From: an uncultured bacterium
GTDB lineage: Bacteria > Acidobacteriota > Aminicenantia > Aminicenantales > Aminicenantaceae
NCBI GenBank assembly: GCA_965533275.1
Contig: CBESWG010000007.1
Span: forward strand, 27,440-91,439
Direction of reading: 5' to 3'
DNA length: 64,000 bases
The notes under the pieces are model-generated. The model was not told where the DNA came from. It searched no databases and worked only from the letters and a program-made list of their open reading frames with translations. Positions 8,863 to 17,677 of this stretch are shown here, piece after piece. Positions within the stretch are counted from its first letter, which is position 1, and the number at the start of each line of letters is the position of its first letter. The translations under genes and the position numbers were made by a program.

Positions 8863-10240
8863 GATCCGTGTACCTTTTTTTGAAAATGAAATAGGCGGGG
8901 ATGCCAAGCGCTGTGGTCCCGAGGGCGATAGCGGATATCACCGGGCTCTGCATGAATGCCAGGATCAGGATGGTGAATCCGAAAAGGACATAGACGATCG
9001 GGGCCAGCGGGTATCCCGGCATCCTGTACGATCCGATGCCCGAACGCCTCAGCTTGAAGACTCCCATGACCACCAGCAGAGGAAAAATCCCTAGGGAAAA
9101 TCCCATGTAGGTCAGGATCTGCTCGAAGGTTCCCAAAAGAACCAGAACACTGGCGATGGCTCCCTGCAGCAGGATCGAGCGGGAGGGGACCTGATGGACG
9201 GGATGGATCCAGGAGGCGAACTTGAAGAACAGTCCGTCCTTGGCCATGGAAAAATACACACGCGGTCCCAGTATGATGAAGGCGCTCAAAGAGGAGAACA
9301 GCGCGAAGAAGATCAGGATGGAGACGACCATGTCGAAGGAACTGCCGAAGACATTCCCTGCCGCAAGCCCGCTGATGGAGACCACTCCCTCCATTTCCGG
9401 TGGAGGGATCGCATAGATGTAGAACAGGTTGAGCCCCATGTAGAGCAGGATCACGATGCTCGTGCCCAGGAAAAGAGACCGCGGCAGGTTCTTTCGGGGA
9501 TTCCGGATCTCCGATCCGATGTAGGCCGATGCGTTCCACCCGCTGTAGGCGAACATGATCCACATGAGCGAGAGGCCGATGACCTTCCAGCCGGAAAAGC
9601 CGAGCTCGAATCCACCGGATGAGAAATGATCCATATCTCCTCTCCCGGATGCGAATCCGAAAACGATCAGCCCCACGATCAGAACCACCTTCAGGATCGT
9701 CAGAAAATTCTGGATCCGTGAACCGAAAACGATCCCCCGCATGTGGATCAGTGTGAAAACCGCGATAACGGCGATGGCGTAGAGCTTCTTCAGAGCCATG
9801 GCTTCGAAGGTCGGGTCCGTCAGGCCTATACGCAGGAGTCCCGGGAAAGCCCTTGTCAGGTATTCGCTCGAGCCCATGGCTGAAAAGGCGATGGGGGCTG
9901 AGAATCCGGCGAAAAAAGAGAGCCATCCGCTCAAGAAACCCAGCGAGGGATGAAAGAGGCGCGAGAGGAAAGTGTATTCTCCGCCCGCCCGGGGAATGGC
10001 AGCTCCTACCTCGCCGTAGCAGAGTGCGCCGCACAGGGCAACGATGCCTGCTATGATCCAGAGCGCGATCATGAGAAGGGGATTGTGCAGGTCCTGCATC
10101 AACAGCCCGGAAGTCGTGAAAATGCCCGCCCCGATCATGTTGGCAATGACGATGTTGGTCACGGGAAAAAGGCCCAGCCGCCGCTGCAGGCCGTCACCCG
10201 TGGTGTTCTCTTTCATACCGTATTGTCCCGTAAGTCCCAT
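8846..10240 (-). CDS. APC-superfamily amino acid permease
   Basis: 464 aa, hydrophobic throughout (about 12 segments). N-terminal block NIVIANMIGAGIFTTSGLL is typical of amino acid/polyamine transporters. Alternative ATG at 10216. Confidence 0.85.
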   Translation of the reverse strand: MGLTGQYGMKENTTGDGLQRRLGLFPVTNIVIANMIGAGIFTTSGLLMQDLHNPLLMIALWIIAGIVALCGALCYGEVGAAIPRAGGEYTFLSRLFHPSLGFLSGWLSFFAGFSAPIAFSAMGSSEYLTRAFPGLLRIGLTDPTFEAMALKKLYAIAVIAVFTLIHMRGIVFGSRIQNFLTILKVVLIVGLIVFGFASGRGDMDHFSSGGFELGFSGWKVIGLSLMWIMFAYSGWNASAYIGSEIRNPRKNLPRSLFLGTSIVILLYMGLNLFYIYAIPPPEMEGVVSISGLAAGNVFGSSFDMVVSILIFFALFSSLSAFIILGPRVYFSMAKDGLFFKFASWIHPVHQVPSRSILLQGAIASVLVLLGTFEQILTYMGFSLGIFPLLVVMGVFKLRRSGIGSYRMPGYPLAPIVYVLFGFTILILAFMQSPVISAIALGTTALGIPAYFIFKKRYTDHADTP

Positions 10241-10446
10241 ATACTACCCTATTACGTGATAATTCGGAAACCGTTTTCCACTAAGCCTCCCACGATCGTG
10301 GCGCCGCTATCGTTGGACTCATCTCCCGGACGCATATGATGAACTTTTGCGGCTAGGTAATCTCACCCCTGGATTCATCCCAAAAGGCGATTTGCATGGA
10401 AAAAGGGCCAAGTATACTGTTTTTACACTATTAGGGAGATATCCGT

Positions 10447-13422
10447 ATGAGATGTCCAAATTGTGATTTTGATAACTTCGCCTCCAGCGCCTTCTGTTCG
10501 AAATGCGGGAAACCCCTGCAGTTCGCTCGCAACAATCACCAAAATAAAGGGAAGCCTCCTCCATCTCCGATGTCCAAGCCGGTGGAATCGAAGCCACAAC
10601 CGGTGCAGTCCGAGGCCAAAAAGGCCAAGGCACCGGCTGCATCCAAGCCAAAGCCGTCCGCAGTAAAGAAGAAGGGCCCAAAAAAATCCGCGGCTCCTCC
10701 GATCCGACCTGTTAGACCCCCCGCAAAATCCCTCTCTGTCCCAGCCAGGATCGAATCTTCCGCGCCTGATGTCACCCAGACTGTTCTCAAAACCGCCTCG
10801 CCGCCGGCTAAAGTTCAGCCCCAATCAGCCAAAGTAGTCCCTACACCCCCCAAAGCTGCTCCTCCAGCAAAGGCTGCAGCCTCTCCTTCCAAGAAAGCCC
10901 CCAGCACAAAGTCCATTCCTCTTCCCCAGAAAGTGACTCCTCCGGCAAAGGTCTCTCCACCGTCATCCAAGGCCGACCCTGCATCTCCTGTCCCTTCCCC
11001 TTCCCGAATGCTCATGCCAGCCCGAGTGCCTCATAAATTAGCTCCCCCGGTAAAACCGGAGATCAAGTCTCCTCCACCTCCCAAGACCCCCGTTCCCAGC
11101 AAACCGGCCTCATCGAATGAACCCGGGAAATCCGCACCATCTTCTCGCCTTAAGATCATCCCTCCTTCTCCTTCCCCACGGCGCAGTGCTGCCGTCACCG
11201 TGCCTCCGCCCAATAATATGCCGGAGGCCCCGCCGCGTCGCGCCCAAGAGAAGATCGATCCACATCCCGCCAGACAACCTTCCGCCTCTAAGCTGACGCT
11301 GAGGTTTAAAGCACAGCGCTGGTCAGTGCCGTTCTTCCTGGTGCTGGGATTAGCCGTGATCGGGATACTGGCAACCCTGATGATTTTTAAGCCCGATTCC
11401 CGCAATTCCGGTCCCATCGTGTCTCCTACCGGGGAGACTCGAGTGGCTGTCTTGAGTCTTTTTAATGAAACATCCGATGCATCCAATGATATCTGGTGTC
11501 GTGCTTTCGGCCAGGCTCTTGCAGTCGATCTCTCTCAGGCTGCGTTTTATGAAGTGGTGCCCGGAGAGGAACTCCACATGGCCCTCAAGGGACTGGATAT
11601 GCAGGAGCTGGTCAGCAAGGAGCCGTCAACAGCCGAACTCCAGATGCTGGCACGAAGGACGGGTGCCCTCTATGTCGCCTTCGGTCGGTTGACCCGAAGC
11701 AGCGGAGTATTGGAACTGCAGATAGATCTCCTGGATGCATCAAGGGGAGATTCCCTGGCCTCCCAGGTTCATGAGCTGAGGCGCCCCGACGAGTCCCTCT
11801 CTCTCGTGGACGATGCGGCAGCACAGTTGAAGCAAGATCTGCCTCTCACCCATGAGGTGGCAGTGGCTATAGATCCTGACCTGGAATTTCAGGTCTACAC
11901 GACATCTTCTCCCGAGGCCTATGCATCCTATGCCTCAGGCAGATGGTATCAATGGGACCGGGATTACCGCAGCAGTATCGATGCATTTGAGCAGGCGATC
12001 GAGCTGGATCCGGAGTTTGCGGCCGCTTATATCGATGCCGCGGAATCCTATGCAGCCCTCGGGTACCATGACCAGGGATGGAAAAAGTGTCAGTCTGCTC
12101 AAAGGCTTGTGGACCGCCTTACCGAGCTGGACCGGCTTCATCTCCAGGGCGAGTTGTACCGCCGCTCCGAGAAGACGTTCGACATCGCTCTCAAGGTCTA
12201 TTCCCGACTCATCGAACTCTATCCCGATGACACCAGAGCCCATACCAATTTGGGGATACTCTACAGCCAGATGGGAGAAGGGGACAGCGCACAAGAGCGT
12301 TTTTCGGTCAACCGCCAGAAGGCCGTGCTGTCCCGCAACCTCTCTTTGGGGTCGTCGCAGGCTTATGTGATGCAGCAGGACTACGAAGCCGCCGCACTCA
12401 GCCTGCGTGCGTATTTGCGCGATTCTTTTGACTCGACGGACCTGCGTTGGAGGCTGGCCGGGATCTTCCTCTTGAAAGGAGATTACGACAGCGCCATGGA
12501 CGAGATCAAAAGAGGCCGGAGGTTCGGCTCTTCCTATGCTTTGACGCGCATGCAGGGAGAAGTCCTGCTCATGCAGGGTGAAGTGAAGTCTGCAAAAGCT
12601 CAGTTCGAAGCGCTGCTCCAGGATCCCGAGATCATAGCCCAACTCTGGGGAAGGAAGCGCCTGGCCGACCTCTATCTCCTGGGAGGACGGTTCGATCAGG
12701 CCCTGGATCAGTTGACCCGGGGAGTGCGCCTCGCCGGGGAGTCGAATGAGATGGGATTGAAGTACCGACTGCATCTGGATCTGGCTCGAGTCTATCTAGA
12801 GACCGGAAAGGCGACCAAAGCCATGCAGCAGTGCGACGCGGCCTGGAGTATCGCCGTCCAGGGAGAAACCATGGACCTGCCGAGAGATGCCCTGCATTAC
12901 CGGGGACTCTGTTATCTGGCCCTCAAACGCATGCGGGATGCCGAGCGTACGGCGGAACGTCTACGCGGCTTGTGTGAAAAAGGCCCGGTCAAAAACCGTA
13001 TGCGCTACTACTATCATCTCATGGGAGAGATCGAAATGGCGCGGAACAATCCGGACCAGGCCGTCGATCATTTCGAACAAGCCGTTGATCTGCTCCCGCC
13101 GCAGGGAGCACCCTGGCTCCATTCCAACGACCATGCTCTCTTCATGGATGCCCTCGCCGAAGCGTACTATGCTGCGGATAATCCCATCAAGGCGCTGGAG
13201 GAGTTCGAGAACGCCCGGGATCTGACGTCCGGTCGCCTGCAGTATGGCGACCTTTATGCCAGGATCTATTACAAGCTGGGCAAGATCAGGGAAGAATACG
13301 GACTCTATGATATCGCCGGCAACGGATATCAGAAATTCCTGGAGCTCTGGAAGGACGCCGATCCTCAGCTCCCCGAGAAGCGCGATGCCCAGAAGCGGAT
13401 GACCGCTGCGCGCGGGCGGTAG
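10447..13422 (+). CDS. zinc-ribbon / proline-rich disordered linker / single TM / TolB-N-like + TPR repeat protein
   Basis: 991 aa. N-terminal CPNC...CSKC zinc ribbon. About 265 aa of P/K/A/S-rich low complexity with recurring PPAK. TM WSVPFFLVLGLAVIGILATLMIF from nt 11320. Then VAVLSLFNETSD...block and multiple TPR-like repeats. Confidence 0.8.
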   Translation: MRCPNCDFDNFASSAFCSKCGKPLQFARNNHQNKGKPPPSPMSKPVESKPQPVQSEAKKAKAPAASKPKPSAVKKKGPKKSAAPPIRPVRPPAKSLSVPARIESSAPDVTQTVLKTASPPAKVQPQSAKVVPTPPKAAPPAKAAASPSKKAPSTKSIPLPQKVTPPAKVSPPSSKADPASPVPSPSRMLMPARVPHKLAPPVKPEIKSPPPPKTPVPSKPASSNEPGKSAPSSRLKIIPPSPSPRRSAAVTVPPPNNMPEAPPRRAQEKIDPHPARQPSASKLTLRFKAQRWSVPFFLVLGLAVIGILATLMIFKPDSRNSGPIVSPTGETRVAVLSLFNETSDASNDIWCRAFGQALAVDLSQAAFYEVVPGEELHMALKGLDMQELVSKEPSTAELQMLARRTGALYVAFGRLTRSSGVLELQIDLLDASRGDSLASQVHELRRPDESLSLVDDAAAQLKQDLPLTHEVAVAIDPDLEFQVYTTSSPEAYASYASGRWYQWDRDYRSSIDAFEQAIELDPEFAAAYIDAAESYAALGYHDQGWKKCQSAQRLVDRLTELDRLHLQGELYRRSEKTFDIALKVYSRLIELYPDDTRAHTNLGILYSQMGEGDSAQERFSVNRQKAVLSRNLSLGSSQAYVMQQDYEAAALSLRAYLRDSFDSTDLRWRLAGIFLLKGDYDSAMDEIKRGRRFGSSYALTRMQGEVLLMQGEVKSAKAQFEALLQDPEIIAQLWGRKRLADLYLLGGRFDQALDQLTRGVRLAGESNEMGLKYRLHLDLARVYLETGKATKAMQQCDAAWSIAVQGETMDLPRDALHYRGLCYLALKRMRDAERTAERLRGLCEKGPVKNRMRYYYHLMGEIEMARNNPDQAVDHFEQAVDLLPPQGAPWLHSNDHALFMDALAEAYYAADNPIKALEEFENARDLTSGRLQYGDLYARIYYKLGKIREEYGLYDIAGNGYQKFLELWKDADPQLPEKRDAQKRMTAARGR

Positions 13423-13449
13423 CAGTCCTGGTTCCTGCCAGGTTCGATC

Positions 13450-13468
13450 CCGGGGCCCTCAGCCCCGG
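13450..13468 (+). terminator. GC-rich hairpin downstream of the TPR gene (weak terminator candidate)
   Basis: CCGGGGC (13450-13456) / GCCCCGG (13462-13468), 7-bp perfect stem, 5-nt loop, 28 nt after the stop at 13422. Only a distant, short T run follows. Confidence 0.3.
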
Positions 13469-13512
13469 ACCCCCGATTGATTTTAGGGAAACGAAGCTTT
13501 ACACTAGGGCCC

Positions 13513-13956
13513 ATGTCGCGCACGATCGAATGGACCGCGGGCCAGAGCTTTCTCTTTGTCTGCTACGGTAACACCTGCCGCTCCCCCATGGCCGAAGGGC
13601 TCGCCGGGAAGATGCTGGGGCAGGAGACTCGAGTGGAGAGCGCAGGCCTCGCACCCGCCTTCGAAGGTCCCCAGCCCGAGGCCGTTGATGTGATGAAGGA
13701 CCTCTACGGCGTAGACATCTCAGGTTACGGTACCCAAGATGTGTTCGAGCTCCCTCTAAATAAATACGACTGGATCATAGTTCTCGATGCCCACGTGAAC
13801 GAGATCCTCAAGGACCGCTTCCCGACATTGGGTGAGCATCTCATCCTGTGGGACATCGACGATCCGTACGGCCGGCCCCGGAGGGCCTATAAACAGACCG
13901 TGCGGCTGATCGAGTACTGCATCAAAAAGTTCCTGCTGGGAGAAAGAGAATCATGA
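13513..13956 (+). CDS. low-molecular-weight protein-tyrosine phosphatase (LMW-PTP/ArsC-fold)
   Basis: CYGNTCRSPMAEG (C-X5-R-S P-loop) and DIDDPYG (Asp loop). ATG 13513 preferred over the upstream TTG at 13477. Confidence 0.85.
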   Translation: MSRTIEWTAGQSFLFVCYGNTCRSPMAEGLAGKMLGQETRVESAGLAPAFEGPQPEAVDVMKDLYGVDISGYGTQDVFELPLNKYDWIIVLDAHVNEILKDRFPTLGEHLILWDIDDPYGRPRRAYKQTVRLIEYCIKKFLLGERES

Positions 13957-14720
13957 GAGTCACGGTCTGCGAGCTCCGGGACAGCCGGGAAGGCTTTTCC
14001 CAGGAGTGGGGAGATCTGGTCCGGCACGTCCGTGAGCAGAAGAGCGACCTGGTCCTGCTTCCGGAAATGACATTCTCCCCCTGGTTTGCCTGGAGGAGTG
14101 AGTTCGATCCCCGTATCTGGCAGGGCGCAGTACTGGCTCATCGAGAGTGGGAGCAGCGCCTGTCTGAGCTGGCACCCGCAGTCGTGTGTGGCACGGCCCC
14201 CGTTAACAGCGGAGAGCAGAGGCTGAACAGGGCGTTTGTGTTCGAACACGGGGGATGGGCCGGCGTCCATGACAAGTTCCACCTGCCGGATGAAGAAGGT
14301 TTCTGGGAAGAGACCTGGTATGGGCGCGGGAGCGGCGATTTCTCCCTGCATCTTTCCGCCGGGATCAACCTGGGATTCCTGATCTGCACGGAATTGTGGT
14401 TTTACGAGCATGCGCGCGCCTACGGGAAGCAGGGTGCTCATCTCATCCTCTGTCCCCGGGCTACGCCGAGGGAAACCGTGGACAAGTGGCTGGCGGGGGG
14501 ACGGGCGGCGGCGGTGGTGTCGGGAGCCTTCTGTCTTTCCTCCAATCCGATCAGCACGGTCGGAGAACTGGCCGATCTGGGCGGCCGGGGTTGGATAACC
14601 GATCCTGACGGCGAGGTCCTGGGCGTGACCTCAGCGGAGAGACCCTTCCTGACACTGCACATTGACACGCGCCAGGCAGAGGAAGCCAAAAAGACCTATC
14701 CCCGCTACGTGCCTGAATAG
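13953..14720 (+). CDS. carbon-nitrogen hydrolase (nitrilase superfamily) protein
   Basis: ATGA start/stop overlap with the LMW-PTP gene. Blocks LLPEM (Glu), DKFHLP (Lys) and LICTELW (Cys) fit the E-K-C triad. Confidence 0.85.
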   Translation: MRVTVCELRDSREGFSQEWGDLVRHVREQKSDLVLLPEMTFSPWFAWRSEFDPRIWQGAVLAHREWEQRLSELAPAVVCGTAPVNSGEQRLNRAFVFEHGGWAGVHDKFHLPDEEGFWEETWYGRGSGDFSLHLSAGINLGFLICTELWFYEHARAYGKQGAHLILCPRATPRETVDKWLAGGRAAAVVSGAFCLSSNPISTVGELADLGGRGWITDPDGEVLGVTSAERPFLTLHIDTRQAEEAKKTYPRYVPE

Positions 14721-14801
14721 GCCTCTGCGAGATCCCTCCTTCTTGTCTCCAGGGGGGCACTGTGTTATATATCCATCGGGAATAGAGCATAGGAGTTGAC
14801 C

Positions 14802-16739
14802 ATGAACAAAATCCTGTTACCTGTCCTGCTCTGCATATGTATGTCAGGCCTGCTCTGCGGGGGCCAACAGGAGCAGGAGGAACAAACCGGAACCAAGACT
14901 GCGGCTGTCGCGGAACTGCGCGGACTGATGGATGCCGCTGACCTGGAAACTTTTTTAGACGGCATCATGCGGATCCAAATGGTGTCCCATCACATTGCCG
15001 GCGCTGTTTTCGTGGCGGTCAAGGACGGGGAGATCTTCCTGTCCAAGGGATACGGCTTCGCAGACGTGGCGAGCAAGGCACCCGCGCTGCCGGACAAGAC
15101 GCTCTTCCGCCCTGGATCAGTTTCCAAGCTCTTTGTGTGGACTGCGGTGATGCAGCAGGTGGAACGCGGACGCATCGACCTGAAAGAGGACATCAACACA
15201 TACCTCACGGACTTTCAGATCCCGGATACCTTCCCCAAACCCATCACCATGAGCCATCTGATGGCACACACTCCGGGCTTCGAGGAAACGGTCCTTGGCA
15301 TGGCGGCGCGCACACCGGACGACCTGATGCCTATGGGAGAGTACCTGCGCGACAACCTCCCAGAGCGTGTTTTTCCTCCCGGAGAGATGGCCGCCTACTC
15401 CAACTACGGATCTTCGCTGGCTGCGTATGTCGTAGAACTTGTTTCAGGTGTCCCCTTCGATGAATACCTGGAGCGGAGTATCTTCGAACCTTTGGGTATG
15501 GATCACAGCACGTTCAGGCAGCCACTGCCCGATCACCTGGCTGAGCAGATGTCCGGCGGCTACAAATATAGGCAGGGTGTATTCACACCGGATGATTTCG
15601 AACTCATCAACGGCATGTATCCAGCGGGCGCCATGAGCACGACGGCCGAAGATCTGGCGCGCTTCATGATCGCTCATTTGCAGATGGGACGCCTGGGTGA
15701 GGCTCGTATCCTGGATGAGCGGACGGTTCGGCTCATGCAGAACCGACTCCATTCGCATGATGCCCGGATCGATGGGAATGCCTATGGGTTTTGGGAATGG
15801 GAGTACAACGGCATCCCCATGATCCAGCACGGAGGCGATACGTTCCTCTTTCATTCCTATCTGGTCCTTCTCCCCGGGTACAACACGGGCTTTTTTGTCT
15901 CCTACAACAGCGAGGGGGCCGGCGGTCCTTCCCGTATACAGCTGATCGAGGCCATTCTGGATCGGTACTTTCCGTCCGAAGCGCCCCCTGAGCTGAATCC
16001 GCAAGCGGATTTCTCCAAAAGGGCCGGCCGCTTCACCGGGCTCTACATGTTGAGCCGTGTGAACTACTCCTCCTTCATCAAGCTCAGTCAGCTGGTCTCG
16101 ACGGTCCAGGTGAAGTCCACCAGAGAGGGGACGCTCCTGATCGGCGGGAGCGATCCCAAGCAGTATGTGGAGGTCGAGCCTCTGGTATTCCGCGAACTTG
16201 AGAGCCGGGACACGGTGGTGTTCAAGGAGGATGCCAAGGGTCGGATCAGCCACATGTTCCTAGGCCCAGTTCCCTACCTGGCCGGAATCAAGATGGCCTG
16301 GCACGAGAGGCCGTCCTGGCACATCTTCATTCTTGCGGTCACTGTCTTTTTTTTCCTCTCTACGCTGGTCTGGCCCCTGAGCGCCCTGCGCAGGAAGATC
16401 TGTCGGTACTCGTCTGTGCCCACGGATGCCCCCAGGGCTGCCCGGCTGTTGGCTGGAGGGATGAGCATCTTATGTCTCGTCTTCCTGGTCGGCATGGTGG
16501 GCATTTTCTCCCGGCCGGATGTGCTGATTTTTGGTGTGCCTTTGTCACTCAAGATCCTGCTCACGCTCCCCTTTGTGGCCGCAGCCCTGGCCCTCGGAGT
16601 CCTGTTTTTTGCCCTGGTCAGCTGGATCAAGGGATACTGGTATGCCTGCAGCCGTATCCACTACCTGCTGGTTCTACTGGCATTTGTCGGATTCCTGTGG
16701 TTTCTCAATCATTGGAACCTTCTCGGTTATAGGTTTTGA
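14802..16739 (+). CDS. beta-lactamase-fold serine hydrolase with C-terminal multi-TM domain
   Basis: AGGAG 6 nt upstream of ATG 14802. Signal peptide. S-x-x-K block GSVSKLF and Y-x-N block YSNYG. The last ~130 aa contain several hydrophobic segments. Confidence 0.85.
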   Translation: MNKILLPVLLCICMSGLLCGGQQEQEEQTGTKTAAVAELRGLMDAADLETFLDGIMRIQMVSHHIAGAVFVAVKDGEIFLSKGYGFADVASKAPALPDKTLFRPGSVSKLFVWTAVMQQVERGRIDLKEDINTYLTDFQIPDTFPKPITMSHLMAHTPGFEETVLGMAARTPDDLMPMGEYLRDNLPERVFPPGEMAAYSNYGSSLAAYVVELVSGVPFDEYLERSIFEPLGMDHSTFRQPLPDHLAEQMSGGYKYRQGVFTPDDFELINGMYPAGAMSTTAEDLARFMIAHLQMGRLGEARILDERTVRLMQNRLHSHDARIDGNAYGFWEWEYNGIPMIQHGGDTFLFHSYLVLLPGYNTGFFVSYNSEGAGGPSRIQLIEAILDRYFPSEAPPELNPQADFSKRAGRFTGLYMLSRVNYSSFIKLSQLVSTVQVKSTREGTLLIGGSDPKQYVEVEPLVFRELESRDTVVFKEDAKGRISHMFLGPVPYLAGIKMAWHERPSWHIFILAVTVFFFLSTLVWPLSALRRKICRYSSVPTDAPRAARLLAGGMSILCLVFLVGMVGIFSRPDVLIFGVPLSLKILLTLPFVAAALALGVLFFALVSWIKGYWYACSRIHYLLVLLAFVGFLWFLNHWNLLGYRF

Positions 16740-16745
16740 TCCAGA

Positions 16746-17507
16746 TTAGATGGTTTGGTCGTGATCGGCAATAAGATAGGTTTGGCTGCAGATCGTCTCA
16801 AACTCCCCCCCTTTTGCAGTTTTCCTCAGCGTCTGGACCACCTCTACTCCGTCCCGGACCTCAAGAGGGAATTCAAGTTGATGCTCCTCGATATTTTCGG
16901 GGGAACACAGGGAGCCGATCAGCTCGGTCTCCTCGATGCGGACACGAAAACAGATAGGGAATCCCCGGTTGTTCCGCAGCCTGAGGTCCTTATAGCCATA
17001 GGCCGAAGTGGCATCCGCTCCCAGGGGAGTGTAGCGGGTCTCTTCCGTATACAGGTCGACCGAGTGGGGGTGACGCTCGATGACCTCCAGCCCCGCCGTC
17101 AATGCCAGATGATAAAGCAGCCCGGACAACTGGCACAGCCCTCCCCCCACGTCGAAGCCCAGCTTACTGGCTATGATGTTGATGCCTACTTTGTAGCCTG
17201 CCCTTTCCGTGGGGTTGCCGACATAGTGCCAATACGCGAAGACCTCACCCGGATCGAGGGGAAGGTCCTGGAAGGTCGCTACGGCGAGCCGAAGGTTGTG
17301 TTTCTTGTTCTCGGCCCACTCGCTGATATTGATGCGTTGGGTGATGGTGATCCGTTCGGGGAAGGCTCGCCCGAGTGAGATCTTTCCCGGAGAATTGCGG
17401 GCGAAGCGGAAGCGGATCCCAGTGAAGATGTCCCTGATGAAGATCCAGGTTGTGCGCATCCGGAACCGGAGCGCACCCGGGATAAAACGCTTTAAGATCC
17501 TCTTCAT
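16746..17507 (-). CDS. VanW family protein
   Basis: Start moved to ATG 17507 (MKRILKRF...). The block KLGFDVGGGLCQLSGLLYHLALTAGLEVIERHPHS is typical of VanW-like proteins. Confidence 0.8.
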   Translation of the reverse strand: MKRILKRFIPGALRFRMRTTWIFIRDIFTGIRFRFARNSPGKISLGRAFPERITITQRINISEWAENKKHNLRLAVATFQDLPLDPGEVFAYWHYVGNPTERAGYKVGINIIASKLGFDVGGGLCQLSGLLYHLALTAGLEVIERHPHSVDLYTEETRYTPLGADATSAYGYKDLRLRNNRGFPICFRVRIEETELIGSLCSPENIEEHQLEFPLEVRDGVEVVQTLRKTAKGGEFETICSQTYLIADHDQTI

Positions 17508-17641
17508 CGGTCCTCTTTTGGCATGTGTATGGTAGAGACACGTGCTCTTTTTGTCAATCACTCCCCCCGTAGGAGAAAGCCGGATGAGATTCAGAGAGGA
17601 GGAGGGACTGACCACGAGCGCATACCTAAATGCGTGCGGTT

Positions 17642-17667
17642 GGGAGGGAATAATAGGGGGGGGAGGG
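17642..17667 (+). other. G-quadruplex-capable G tract including a G8 homopolymer
   Basis: GGG A GGG AATAATA GGGGGGGG A GGG read directly at 17642-17667, 10 nt upstream of the annotated TTG start of the decarboxylase. Confidence 0.6.
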
Positions 17668-17677
17668 ACTGGAAGGC

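Noticed and set aside
13441-13470. GGTTCGATCCCGG resembles a tRNA T-arm/T-loop.
   Set aside because: No matching T-stem partner, acceptor stem, anticodon arm or D-arm can be drawn around it. The local structure is better explained as a 7-bp GC hairpin after the TPR gene.
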